From a virus (lineage: Duplodnaviria > Caudoviricetes), in the IMG/VR virus record IMGVR_UViG_3300017971_000307, positions 1-61,015 of that record: a DNA stretch of 61,015 nucleotides. One strand, given 5' to 3'. Position 1 is the first letter of the stretch. Each line of letters starts with the position of its first letter. The notes under the pieces were generated by a model, which was not told the origin of the DNA, searched no databases, and saw only the letters and a list, made by a program, of their open reading frames with translations. The position numbers were made by a program, and so were the translations under genes. Positions 8,987-18,846 of this stretch are shown piece after piece.

Positions 8987-9303
8987 TGTCTGCCTCTTGG
9001 ACCATATTCTTTATTTTTATCTTTTAATCTTCTTATTTCAAAGTCCAATAAGCATTTTAGTATATATGATTTCTGTTCTTCTTTTAAACAACTCTCTTTG
9101 TACCATAGATAAAGAATATCAAATACAGCTCTTAATGATTCGAGTTTACATAATGAAATAGCATCATCTTCTAATAGATCAACCAAACGAGTAGCTAACT
9201 TTATTTGTTTATCCAAGGTCATTTTTTCGTAAAAAATAGAAAGTGCATCTTTTAACACATCAATGACAAAACTGATATCTTGTGTTTTTTTTATTTTTTC
9301 CAT
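8983..9303 (-). CDS. hypothetical protein
   Basis: ORF with AAGGA SD, coupled to next gene. Confidence 0.65.
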   Translation of the reverse strand: MEKIKKTQDISFVIDVLKDALSIFYEKMTLDKQIKLATRLVDLLEDDAISLCKLESLRAVFDILYLWYKESCLKEEQKSYILKCLLDFEIRRLKDKNKEYGPRGRQ

Positions 9304-9317
9304 TTTATTTTTCCTTT

Positions 9318-9752
9318 TTATGAATGATCGAGTAAAATGATTATCTCAAAACCATTCTTACTTGGATGTTCAAAATCAAAATCGAACCACCAATTATCTT
9401 CAAAACTTCGTAAAAGTTTTCTTGCTTCTTCGGGATTATATAACTTTGGTAGTTTTATCCAAAGAAGTAAAGTGTTATCGTATTGACCGTCGCATTCAAA
9501 ACATCTTGCTTCTATTATGAAATTTATTTGATTATAATATTCTGGTTTATCTTTATACTCTTCTTCTATGAAGAATTTATCAGTGGTTTCTTTGAGATAT
9601 TCACAATTGAACCATTTTGTTAGGTGGTGGCATGCAATATCAAGCTTATCTTTCGTATTCCAAAAGACATCTGACATTTTAAATTCCCAAAGGATTTTAT
9701 CGATAATCATACTGCTTTCATAATTTGTTCTTATGATATATCTGAATCCCAT
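9318..9752 (-). CDS. hypothetical protein (paralogue of 10860-11294)
   Basis: Shared CxEC and F[ED]xxWW[FY]D...NG motifs. Confidence 0.7.
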   Translation of the reverse strand: MGFRYIIRTNYESSMIIDKILWEFKMSDVFWNTKDKLDIACHHLTKWFNCEYLKETTDKFFIEEEYKDKPEYYNQINFIIEARCFECDGQYDNTLLLWIKLPKLYNPEEARKLLRSFEDNWWFDFDFEHPSKNGFEIIILLDHS

Positions 9753-9759
9753 AATTCTA

Positions 9760-10032
9760 TTATTCTTTCAAAGGTTCTACCAATAGTACTTTAAATGTTC
9801 TAATCCTTGGTGGTGAACACAAAAGTATTTGACTATCAACACTTACATTATGAATTTTTAATTTCATTGTTCTACCAGTGGTATATTTATCATTATTGAC
9901 TTCAATAATTTTAACAATTTGATTAACGCAATATTTTTCATTATCAAAATATACTTCTTTAGGAGAATCGAGTTTTTGCATTTGTTCAAAAAATTTTTCT
10001 GAACAAATTTTGGTATGATTTATTTTTTTCAT
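9760..10032 (-). CDS. ASCH/DUF3850-like protein
   Basis: HTKI..KFFE...YCVNQIVKIIE....YTTGR pattern of ASCH/PUA-like phage proteins. Confidence 0.5.
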   Translation of the reverse strand: MKKINHTKICSEKFFEQMQKLDSPKEVYFDNEKYCVNQIVKIIEVNNDKYTTGRTMKLKIHNVSVDSQILLCSPPRIRTFKVLLVEPLKE

Positions 10033-10439
10033 GGTTTAAATTTTCGATTTATTAAACAAGTAATGATATTACACAAATCTAAAGCTTCATCAAGTGAATT
10101 GACTACTTTGATGAATTCAATATTTTTAACGAAGAAATGACTTGGAACAATACCACCATGATCTATAATGATAACAGGTATTGATTCGGCAATTGCAATA
10201 CCTAGCTCTATACAGCATCCAACTGATGTTTTAGGATCCGACCTTAGTATAACGCAATCTGCATTTTTAACACCTTCAACATCTTTAAAAGCTAAAGTTC
10301 TTAACTGTTCTTTTGTGAATCCATCTTCTGAGTCAAAGGTCCAGTCATGAGTTATGGTATGACCTAGATCAGTGATCCATTTCATTTCATCCCTGACAAG
10401 AGTCATATTACTACTTGGTGCTGAGAAATAAATCTTCAT
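10029..10439 (-). CDS. nucleoside 2-deoxyribosyltransferase-like protein
   Basis: KIYFSAP, DVEGVKNADCVI and SVGCCIELGIA (catalytic Glu) motifs. Confidence 0.8.
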   Translation of the reverse strand: MKIYFSAPSSNMTLVRDEMKWITDLGHTITHDWTFDSEDGFTKEQLRTLAFKDVEGVKNADCVILRSDPKTSVGCCIELGIAIAESIPVIIIDHGGIVPSHFFVKNIEFIKVVNSLDEALDLCNIITCLINRKFKP

Positions 10440-10494
10440 GCTTTACTCTTCCTTTTTGTTTTTTATCTTTTAGAGATTCATTGATTCTTATAAG

Positions 10495-10788
10495 TTATAA
10501 TTCTACTTCACGAGCATAGTGTTTGGAATAACCTTTTTCTTTAATATTCTTTTTTAAGGATTCTAATTTTTTTTGCCATTGTTTATAATCTCTTGGCCAT
10601 TTGCACCAAAAGTCTATACTATTGCACCATCGATCGAAATTTTTCGCTACACCAAATTCGATTATTCCAGTGTGTTTGAGTGCTCTGACATGTATTTCTT
10701 CATTTGCAATTTTTATAATTGTATATCCATTGCCATCTTTGTCAAGAAATTCAAAATCATATAATTTACTTTTTTTCTTTTTTCCCAT
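10495..10788 (-). CDS. hypothetical protein
   Basis: ORF in leftward operon. Confidence 0.65.
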   Translation of the reverse strand: MGKKKKSKLYDFEFLDKDGNGYTIIKIANEEIHVRALKHTGIIEFGVAKNFDRWCNSIDFWCKWPRDYKQWQKKLESLKKNIKEKGYSKHYAREVEL

Positions 10789-10859
10789 AATAACTTTATC
10801 CTATTAAGCTAGTTTTCTTAATTGATCTTTTGTAAATTTATCTCTTTATTCCTTATTAT

Positions 10860-11294
10860 TTATAAGTAAGGTATTATACTTAATAACCCATTGCTTCGAT
10901 GACAATTATCATACCACCATGTTTTATCGAATACATTGACGATTCGCATAAATTCTTCATGGTGAATTATTTTACCTCCATGTACGATAAGATGCATTCT
11001 ATCTTTGTTTTCTGGTTGCAAACAACATTCACAATGATGATGGTAATCTATTTCGAGAATAAATATTGGATAATCAAAAGGTACTTTGTTGTATTCATTT
11101 TTTCCATAATAAATATTTTCATTTTTTTGACTTACCATGTAAGAAGTGTATTCGGTATAAAAATAAGTTTCATTAGATAGTACTTTTACAAAGTTAGCAC
11201 ATGCTTCATGTATAAGGTCTTTTGTTTTTATAAACGGTTCAGAGTTTAAAAACTCATTTACGTTTTCACTGTCTATGTAGAATTTGAAGTTCAT
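10860..11294 (-). CDS. hypothetical protein (paralogue of 9318-9752)
   Basis: Start at MNFKF overlaps the stop of the upstream microprotein (ATGA). Confidence 0.7.
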   Translation of the reverse strand: MNFKFYIDSENVNEFLNSEPFIKTKDLIHEACANFVKVLSNETYFYTEYTSYMVSQKNENIYYGKNEYNKVPFDYPIFILEIDYHHHCECCLQPENKDRMHLIVHGGKIIHHEEFMRIVNVFDKTWWYDNCHRSNGLLSIIPYL

Positions 11295-11446
11295 TCTTCT
11301 ATTCTTCCTAAAGCATATGACCAAAAAATAGGAAAACCTAGTTTAGGTTCTGGAACACCCCAAATCATTGGTATGTTGTAAATGCAAATTGGTCTAGCGT
11401 TGTTGTAACAAATATCCGTAAGCCAAGCTTGATAATGCCAATACAT
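11291..11446 (-). CDS. 51-aa microprotein MYWHYQAWL...RIEE (not in ORF track)
   Basis: Starts 2 nt after the upstream stop; its TGA overlaps the next ATG; 25-bp identity with 4726-4750. Confidence 0.65.
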   Translation of the reverse strand: MYWHYQAWLTDICYNNARPICIYNIPMIWGVPEPKLGFPIFWSYALGRIEE

Positions 11447-11448
11447 TG

Positions 11449-11808
11449 TTAAATTTTCTTTAAGAGCTTCAAGATACCGTTTCGGATCTCTTCTTCATTT
11501 TTTGCTCTTATATTGAATTTTTTTCTATTATTCAAAGAGAGGCAAATGTAAGCAAAGTCATTCGCTGATTTTGCACTTATACTTATCGTGAAATAATCAT
11601 TGTGAAATGCTTTATCATGAAAAATCACCCTCCATATTGGGACTTTGATAGTACCATATATTTTTGAGAGAGTAAAAATAGACTCATCAGCGTTGTTCAC
11701 AACCCAATTGAGAGAATCTTCAATTGGATGCTTCCATTTATTCGCTTTGAAAGGAGGATTGTTCTCGAGTCTATCGATCGTTGACTTTATTTTGTTTTTT
11801 AATGTCAT
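11449..11808 (-). CDS. hypothetical protein, first gene of leftward operon
   Basis: GGAGA SD; downstream of a minus-strand promoter. Confidence 0.7.
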   Translation of the reverse strand: MTLKNKIKSTIDRLENNPPFKANKWKHPIEDSLNWVVNNADESIFTLSKIYGTIKVPIWRVIFHDKAFHNDYFTISISAKSANDFAYICLSLNNRKKFNIRAKNEEEIRNGILKLLKKI

Positions 11809-11909
11809 AGTGTCTCCAAATTCTTCTTAAATTGTCTCATTACGGGCCATCCTGTTTCCATAAATTCACCTTTTTGATTTTTTATTTTCTATTTATTTTG
11901 ATAGGAATA

Positions 11910-11938
11910 TTTATGTCATTAAATAAGCAGTATGTCAA
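11910..11938 (-). promoter_or_regulatory. promoter of leftward operon (TTGACA-17-CATAAA)
   Basis: Same TGTTGACATA...ATG[T/A]CATA architecture as the promoter at 419. Confidence 0.6.
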
Positions 11939-12027
11939 CACAAAAATAGATATTCACAAAAACAAAAATTGTATTTTTGATTTTAATGAAATACCTTTAA
12001 AGATAAGTATTAATTTTGAGGTAATAA

Positions 12028-13863
12028 ATGAATGACTTATTTGACAAAGATAAAGAAATCGAAAAAGGTGGTGTTAGTGGAAGCATTGCAAATGAATTAA
12101 GTGAAAGTCTTATTAATTTCGATGATTTATGCGATAGAGAATTAACAGACAAAGAAATTGAGCGTTTGAGTGATGTTGTGATGGAATATTGCCAGCGTCA
12201 AAGTGGCGTAGACCTTTATTCGTATCAATACGAATTTGGTTGGCGAATTGTATATTCAATTTTGGTTGAAGATGCAGAAGAGATAACGTCACTATTTTCG
12301 AGACAATCTGGTAAAACGGAAACAACAGCTCTCGTTGTATGTGGTTGTTTAGTTATATTACCAATTCTTGGAAACATTTTTAAAGGCGATGAACGAATAA
12401 GTAAATTTGCAAAAGGTTTATGGGTCGGGATTTATGCACCAAATTACGAACAGAGTGGAATCATGTGGCAACGTATGAGGACACGAATGTACTGTGATTC
12501 AGCTAAAAAAATGCTTTTAGATAGTGATATCAATATTGACCTTAATGAATTAAGTAAAGACCTTTCGTTGCCAAATGGTAGTTTTGTATTTTGTGGAACT
12601 GCATCACCACAAGCTAAGATAGAAGGTCGAACATTTCATGTTATTATAATCGAAGAATGTCAGGATGTTTTAGCTCATGTTATTAGAAGTTCAATTCATC
12701 CAATGGGTAGTGCTACAGCTGCTACTATTATTAAAATTGGTACACCTTCTCGTGATAAAAATGAATTCTATTTAGCTTGTCAGCGTAATAAAAGACATGA
12801 TGTAAGTAAAGGAATGGTTCGTGATAAAAAGCGTTTACATTTTGAATTCGATTACACGGTAGCTCAAAGATACAATAAACGTTATAGAAAATATGTTGAA
12901 AAAGAAATGCGTCGTTTAGGTGAAGACTCTGATGATTTCAAAATGAAATATCGTCTTCATTGGTTACTCGAGCGCGGTCTTTTTATTACTGAAGATTTAT
13001 TCAAAGAGTGTGGAATTGATAATTCAAAACAACCATTGATTAAAGTTATTGGTAAGGGTAACAGAAAACAAAAGTTCAAATTTATCAGACCGTGCAGTGT
13101 TGTAACTCATGATTCTCACAATGAACACGTTGCTTCTATTGACGTTGGTCGATCAAATTCAACTGTTGTAACCGTCGGACGTGCATTTTGGGATGGTCCA
13201 ATTGAATATGCTGGTGAAGATAGATTTCCTATTCACATATCAAATTGGTTGGAGCTTTATGGTGATGATCATGAAGCTCAACACCCACAGATAATTAATT
13301 TCTTAAAGAACTATAATTTATCTTCAGTCATTGTTGATGCTACTGGTAAAGGAGATCCTATTTTTTCACGTTTAGCATCAGAACTTTATAAGTTTGATAT
13401 ACATGTAGTTTCATTCGTTTTCAACGAATACAATAAGGACATTGGTTATAAAATTTTACTGCAAGAATTACAAAATAAACGAATTACATATCCCGCGAGT
13501 GCACATGCTACTAGAATGAGGAAATGGCAACGTTTCTATCAACAAATGACTGATTTAAGTAAAACATGGCGTGGTCAAAGAATGGTTGTATCGAAACCAA
13601 AAGGTGATGATGATGCAAAAGATGATTATCCAGATTCATTAATGTTATTGTGTTATTTGGTTAATGTTGCTGGTGATCAAGAGATTCAAGAGAGTATAAA
13701 TCCTTTTGTTGGTCGTGCTGCTAGACAATTAGAAGCGGATAAGATGAGAGATTTCAGAGCTTGGTATAACAAAGGTATAAATAACCAAACAATTGTAACT
13801 AATCCAAGAAGATATAACTATCTTAAAGGTTTAAGAAAAAGTAAAAGAGGTAAATGGGAATGA
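12028..13863 (+). CDS. terminase large subunit
   Basis: Walker A SRQSGKT, Walker B IIIEECQD, IGTP coupling motif, nuclease acidic motifs IDVG, VDATG and DDYPDS. Confidence 0.93.
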   Translation: MNDLFDKDKEIEKGGVSGSIANELSESLINFDDLCDRELTDKEIERLSDVVMEYCQRQSGVDLYSYQYEFGWRIVYSILVEDAEEITSLFSRQSGKTETTALVVCGCLVILPILGNIFKGDERISKFAKGLWVGIYAPNYEQSGIMWQRMRTRMYCDSAKKMLLDSDINIDLNELSKDLSLPNGSFVFCGTASPQAKIEGRTFHVIIIEECQDVLAHVIRSSIHPMGSATAATIIKIGTPSRDKNEFYLACQRNKRHDVSKGMVRDKKRLHFEFDYTVAQRYNKRYRKYVEKEMRRLGEDSDDFKMKYRLHWLLERGLFITEDLFKECGIDNSKQPLIKVIGKGNRKQKFKFIRPCSVVTHDSHNEHVASIDVGRSNSTVVTVGRAFWDGPIEYAGEDRFPIHISNWLELYGDDHEAQHPQIINFLKNYNLSSVIVDATGKGDPIFSRLASELYKFDIHVVSFVFNEYNKDIGYKILLQELQNKRITYPASAHATRMRKWQRFYQQMTDLSKTWRGQRMVVSKPKGDDDAKDDYPDSLMLLCYLVNVAGDQEIQESINPFVGRAARQLEADKMRDFRAWYNKGINNQTIVTNPRRYNYLKGLRKSKRGKWE

Positions 13864-14120
13864 AAAAAACTTTTCCAGTAAAAAAGGATCATTCAATTTT
13901 ATATTGTATACATGTTAAGGAAAATGATATTGGTCATTTAATTGGATTTGATCCATCTATTGAAGTTTCTAATGGTGGTGAAATAATTCTTGCTGATGGC
14001 ATTATTATATGTACTAGTTGTTTACTAGAATATGAAAATAAAATGAAAGAAATACCAATAGGTGATTTAATTGTATACGAAGAAGATAGCTATCTCGCTA
14101 TATCTACAACACAGAATTGA
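13854..14120 (+). CDS. hypothetical protein with CxxC
   Basis: ORF overlapping the terminase end. Confidence 0.55.
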   Translation: MGMKKTFPVKKDHSILYCIHVKENDIGHLIGFDPSIEVSNGGEIILADGIIICTSCLLEYENKMKEIPIGDLIVYEEDSYLAISTTQN

Positions 14121-14128
14121 GGTATTCC

Positions 14129-15118
14129 ATGTTATATTATGGAAACTGCTTAGATATACTTCGTGAAGTACCTAATAATTACTTTTCTACAGTAATAACT
14201 GATCCTCCATATGGTATATCGATTTTTAGTAAAGATTGGGATAAAGATTTTCCTAATGAAACTATATGGAAAGAGATATTAAGAGTATCAAAACCTGGTG
14301 CATTACTATTATGCTTTGGTTCTCCAAGGATTTATCATCGAGTTGCTTGTTCCATTGAAAATTCTGGCTTTAATATTAAAGATTGTCTGATGTGGTATTA
14401 TAAATCGGGTATGCCAAAAGGAACTAACATTTCAAGAATGATAGATAAAAAATTGGGTTGTAAACGTCCAATTATTGGTTACCAAAAACTTACAGGTAAT
14501 GCATGCACTTCGTTTAAGGAAAAAGGTGGTAATTACGGAATAAGAGTCAAAAACACTCCACCACAAATAACACCTATAACAGGTCCATCTTCGGATGAAG
14601 CTAAAGTATGGGGTGAACAATTTACAGGATTAAAACCAGCATATGAACCAATAGTAGTTGGAATGAAACCAGTTGATGATAATTATGCAAAAAATGCACT
14701 TAAGTGGGATGTAGCTGGATATAATATAGAAGAATGCAGAACTGAAGGTCGTCACCCAGCTAATATCATTCTGAGTGAAGATGGAACTGATGAAAAAGTT
14801 GATAACGATATTGGTGATATTGTAACAGAGATAGATGGCGTTGTTTATAAAACGAAAGCTTCTAGATTGTTCTATTGTGTCAAAGCTAATAGAAAAGAGC
14901 GTGGTATTGATAATATACATCCTACTGTGAAACCGATAAAATTAATGCGATATCTTTGCAGATTAACAAGACAACGTGGAAAGGATATTGTGCTTGATCC
15001 ATTTATGGGTTCTGGTACTACTGGAATTGCTGCTAAAATGGAAGGTAGGAAGTTTTTTGGAATTGAAATTGATCGTGATTACTTTGAGATTGCAAAAAAA
15101 CGAATTGAACAGACATAA
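14129..15118 (+). CDS. DNA methyltransferase (N6-A/N4-C, beta class)
   Basis: TDPPYG, HPTVKP and VLDPFMGSGTT motifs. Confidence 0.93.
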   Translation: MLYYGNCLDILREVPNNYFSTVITDPPYGISIFSKDWDKDFPNETIWKEILRVSKPGALLLCFGSPRIYHRVACSIENSGFNIKDCLMWYYKSGMPKGTNISRMIDKKLGCKRPIIGYQKLTGNACTSFKEKGGNYGIRVKNTPPQITPITGPSSDEAKVWGEQFTGLKPAYEPIVVGMKPVDDNYAKNALKWDVAGYNIEECRTEGRHPANIILSEDGTDEKVDNDIGDIVTEIDGVVYKTKASRLFYCVKANRKERGIDNIHPTVKPIKLMRYLCRLTRQRGKDIVLDPFMGSGTTGIAAKMEGRKFFGIEIDRDYFEIAKKRIEQT

Positions 15119-15134
15119 GTTGTGGAGGTGAATT

Positions 15135-16709
15135 ATGTCATATTGGGGTACTCAAATGAGATCGATTGTCACAAGTACCTTTCATGACAGTATGTCAATT
15201 GATCATTACACGCGTTTAGCAAAATATAGAGAGTATTGGCTTTATTATTTAAGTAAGCATTGGAGCTATTCACGGGATCCTGGCGATCCTACCATTACGA
15301 TAAACTATTCTAGACGTGTTGTTGATATCGCGAACAATTTTACCTTTAAAAAAGGTTTCATTGTTAAAATACCGGATGATCCATCTACACCTGCGAATGA
15401 AGCTGAGGATCGAGAATTTGTTCGTGTCATGCTTGAGGAAACGTGGGAGAAAAACTCTAGATTGTTGTGGTTAATTGAAGCATCTCAACAGGGTGCAGTA
15501 ACAGGCGATCTTTTCGCTCGAGTATCATGGGAAAATAATGATCTTTTAGAAGAACCTTATGCAAAAATTGACATAATCCCTTCACATCTATGTTTTCCTG
15601 AATTTGGTGGACCAAGTGGTGTTGAAAGAAAAAAACTCAAAAGAATTATGATTTTGACACCAATTTATGAAAGATGTCATCTTCCTCAAAAACCATCATT
15701 TACATTTCCGCATTATGGAACCAATTTTGATACAGCAATAATGCAAGAAATATGGACAGCTCCTGATTACCATCCTGATGGATCGATTAAGAATTATGCA
15801 ACTGTTCAGTACTTTAGAAATAATGAACCACTTGGACCACCATTAATTAATCCAATTGGAGAAATACCAGTGGTTCATATTCCTAATTATCCTTTATCAG
15901 GTGAGTCTTATGGGATTTCAGATATGGTTGATATTATTGAGCTCAATAGAGAATTAAATGAAAAAGCTACAGATATTTCGGATGTAATCAGCTATCATGG
16001 ATCCCCGGTAACTATTTTAAAAGGTGCGAAACTAAAAGACCTTGAACGTGGAGCTAATAAAGTTTGGGCAATTCCAGGTGATGGCGATGTGAAAAATCTT
16101 GAATTATCCGGCGATCTATCAGCATCAGTTAATCATTGGAAAATGATTAAAGAATCACTTCTAGAGTTGGCTGGAATACCTGAAGAGGTATTAGGAAAAG
16201 TTCAAGCTGCAAGTAATGCATCTGGAGTAGCATTAGCTATCAGATATATGCCTTTAATGGAAAAATATCATATCAAAACTCTTATTTACGGTCTTGGTTT
16301 ACGATTAATTAATCGATTGATAATGAAAATAACAGCAATTGGTGATCCTGCTTTTGGAGAAAAATTTAATAGTTTATATCAAGGCAATAAATATAGAAAC
16401 AATGTTGTTTTTCCTGATCCAATGCCGATGGATGAAGCTGTTGAACTTGAAAAAGCTCGAGCAAGATTGGATTTACTACTTTCGACCAGAAGAGAAGAGC
16501 TTGAAAAGATGGGTAAATCTCAGGGTGAGATTGAAAAAATTATGCAGGATATCAGAAATGAAGCGGAAGAAATGAATGAGATGATGTTTGATATGCCTAA
16601 AATTGAACGTGGGAAAACTCAAAATATGCGTGGTGGAGTTCCAGAAGTTAGAGCACAAAAAGTTAGCAATACAGCTGCTAAAAAGACACTTTCATTTTCT
16701 GACGAATAA
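15135..16709 (+). CDS. portal protein (SPP1 gp6-like)
   Basis: Position after terminase, 524 aa, IPVVHIPN..GISD and ASGVAL motifs. Confidence 0.88.
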   Translation: MSYWGTQMRSIVTSTFHDSMSIDHYTRLAKYREYWLYYLSKHWSYSRDPGDPTITINYSRRVVDIANNFTFKKGFIVKIPDDPSTPANEAEDREFVRVMLEETWEKNSRLLWLIEASQQGAVTGDLFARVSWENNDLLEEPYAKIDIIPSHLCFPEFGGPSGVERKKLKRIMILTPIYERCHLPQKPSFTFPHYGTNFDTAIMQEIWTAPDYHPDGSIKNYATVQYFRNNEPLGPPLINPIGEIPVVHIPNYPLSGESYGISDMVDIIELNRELNEKATDISDVISYHGSPVTILKGAKLKDLERGANKVWAIPGDGDVKNLELSGDLSASVNHWKMIKESLLELAGIPEEVLGKVQAASNASGVALAIRYMPLMEKYHIKTLIYGLGLRLINRLIMKITAIGDPAFGEKFNSLYQGNKYRNNVVFPDPMPMDEAVELEKARARLDLLLSTRREELEKMGKSQGEIEKIMQDIRNEAEEMNEMMFDMPKIERGKTQNMRGGVPEVRAQKVSNTAAKKTLSFSDE

Positions 16710-16722
16710 ATGGTGATTCATA

Positions 16723-17772
16723 ATGGCAGAAGAGCCACGTCTTTCAGGTACTATTTTAGAATGGGCAAAAAGAGCTCCTAGATCTGCTGTTTCTTGGGGT
16801 GACATAGAATTAGCTCAATCAAGAGAAGTATTGTTTCGTTCATGGATATCTGATTCTAGAAATTTGAGACGAATATTGAATGATACATCTCAAAAACTCA
16901 CCGGTTTTATAACAGAGGATTCTTTTAGCTCGAATGATGGAAGACTACTTAATGCGGATAAAAATAGGATACAAAGAAATTCATCTCGAGCTATTTCACA
17001 TGCAAGAAAACAAATCGAATCAGAAATTGAAGATGGTGTTGAGTCAGCAATAAGAAGAGCACAACTATCTCAAGAACGTCATTTACAGCGTCTTGGTTTG
17101 AGACGACTTGATCAAAAAACACGAATGGCAATTCGCGAAATGTCTTTAAAAGCATTGGATGAAGAATTCCCAAGGGGCTCGGGTAAGAGTTTTAGAATGA
17201 GGTTAGAAGCATTAGAAAAAAGACATATTGTTCAAGTTAATGGAATTTCTGAAAGAACATTTACTCGGGGTGGTGCATCAGAAATTATTCCGAGAGATAT
17301 TGATCGTGGATTAACTTTTAGGGGACCTGGCAATACAACTGTTAGAGGTGGATCAATGTATCGTCAATCTCAAAGATTGATGGTTGCAGAAGAAACTCGT
17401 CTAGCAAATATGGTTGAAGTTAAAACAGTCCAAGCAATGGGTGTTATGTTTGCATATTGGCGACTGAATCCTTCACATAAATGGTATGGAGGAAAAGAAA
17501 TTTGTGAACACTATGCATATAAAACCAATCCTGATGTTGTTGCAGAATTCCACCGCCTAGGGATTTCGACTTCGGGTATTTCTTTTAATGGTTTATATAA
17601 AGTAATGGATTGGCCACAATATCCACATCCTTATTGTAAGTGTTATCCAGAAGCATTGTACCTTCCAAGTTATCGTCAATCGGAGACATATGTTCAATCC
17701 TCAAATGAACAAGCGAGTATTATTCTCGGTGAGCTAATAGCTTTAGGTCTCTTGACATTTAATGAAATCTGA
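16723..17772 (+). CDS. head morphogenesis (minor capsid) protein
   Basis: Follows portal; C-terminal PHPYCKC (HPxCxC) motif. Confidence 0.7.
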   Translation: MAEEPRLSGTILEWAKRAPRSAVSWGDIELAQSREVLFRSWISDSRNLRRILNDTSQKLTGFITEDSFSSNDGRLLNADKNRIQRNSSRAISHARKQIESEIEDGVESAIRRAQLSQERHLQRLGLRRLDQKTRMAIREMSLKALDEEFPRGSGKSFRMRLEALEKRHIVQVNGISERTFTRGGASEIIPRDIDRGLTFRGPGNTTVRGGSMYRQSQRLMVAEETRLANMVEVKTVQAMGVMFAYWRLNPSHKWYGGKEICEHYAYKTNPDVVAEFHRLGISTSGISFNGLYKVMDWPQYPHPYCKCYPEALYLPSYRQSETYVQSSNEQASIILGELIALGLLTFNEI

Positions 17773-17865
17773 ACACAAAGTTAAAAGTCAAGTTGTTTAT
17801 ATGTTGAATAAAGTTATTCGGCATAGAATAAAAGGAATTGCATCTAAAATAGAAAGGAAAGTGAC

Positions 17866-18051
17866 ATGGCTTTAAATGCAGGAAAAGTAGGACCATCTAA
17901 CCAAGGTAAAACCGAAAATGGTCGTGGTTCCAAACCTATTTTTAACGCGAATAAAGGAATGCGTAAAACTGGCCGTGTTCAAATGAATCCTGTTCGCGTT
18001 TCAAATACTGGTTTTGATTATAGAAAGATTAACGATCCTAGATTTGTTTAA
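17866..18051 (+). CDS. small basic head-module protein
   Basis: AAGGA SD; lies between head genes. Confidence 0.6.
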   Translation: MALNAGKVGPSNQGKTENGRGSKPIFNANKGMRKTGRVQMNPVRVSNTGFDYRKINDPRFV

Positions 18052-18078
18052 TTTTTAATTTAAGGAGTTTAAGAGGAA

Positions 18079-18810
18079 ATGGAAGAAGAACCAAAAAAAG
18101 AAGATGTTCAAAACGTCGATAATGACGAAACGCAAAAAACACCGCAACAAAAAGATACGCCACCCTCTGAAGATTTAATTAGTAAAGAGGATTTAGAAAA
18201 ACTACTCAATAAAGCACGAAGCGATGAAAAAGGTAAGCTTTATAGCAATATTGAGGATCTTAAAAAGAAATTTTCTGCTCAAAGTGAATCAATGGGAAAA
18301 TTGAATAAAGAAATTGAGCAGAAAAATAAAGAGATTGAAGATTTAAGAGCAGGCAAAACAAAAGTTACTGATTCACTTAATAGGGAGTTGAGAGAACTAA
18401 AAGCATCACATGAGAAGATGAAAAAAGCTATGGAGATAGTTGCAACAGAAGCAGCATCACGATTAAGTCAATACAAACTAGACATTTATCGCGAAAAAGA
18501 GATTGGTAAATCTGGTTTGGTTCATTTGAAAGATTTTGTTACTGGAAATAATGAACAAGAAATAGCTGCATCAATTGCTTCGCTTACTAAGAAGGAAAAA
18601 CTTATAGAAGAAGAAGCAGCTAAAAAAGCACAAAGTAGTCTTGTTGCAAATCTTCCATCACCACTTTCTCCGAATGGTGCACCTAGTGTAACCACCGATG
18701 CCATTGTGAATCCACAAGATAAACAGAAACTCTCTAAGCTTCGCGGTGAAGAATGGGAAAACACATACAAAGATCTGCTCTTAAAAGCGAAACAAAAAGC
18801 GGGCGTATAA
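18079..18810 (+). CDS. capsid scaffolding protein
   Basis: Charged coiled coil (ARSDEKGKLY) immediately upstream of the capsid gene. Confidence 0.75.
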   Translation: MEEEPKKEDVQNVDNDETQKTPQQKDTPPSEDLISKEDLEKLLNKARSDEKGKLYSNIEDLKKKFSAQSESMGKLNKEIEQKNKEIEDLRAGKTKVTDSLNRELRELKASHEKMKKAMEIVATEAASRLSQYKLDIYREKEIGKSGLVHLKDFVTGNNEQEIAASIASLTKKEKLIEEEAAKKAQSSLVANLPSPLSPNGAPSVTTDAIVNPQDKQKLSKLRGEEWENTYKDLLLKAKQKAGV

Positions 18811-18846
18811 TCTAATAGATATTACTCCCGTTTTAGGGAGATAAAA

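Noticed and set aside
11832-12035. 67-aa + strand ORF before terminase (possible small terminase)
   Set aside because: AT-rich divergent promoter region, TTG start with no SD and no terminase-like features
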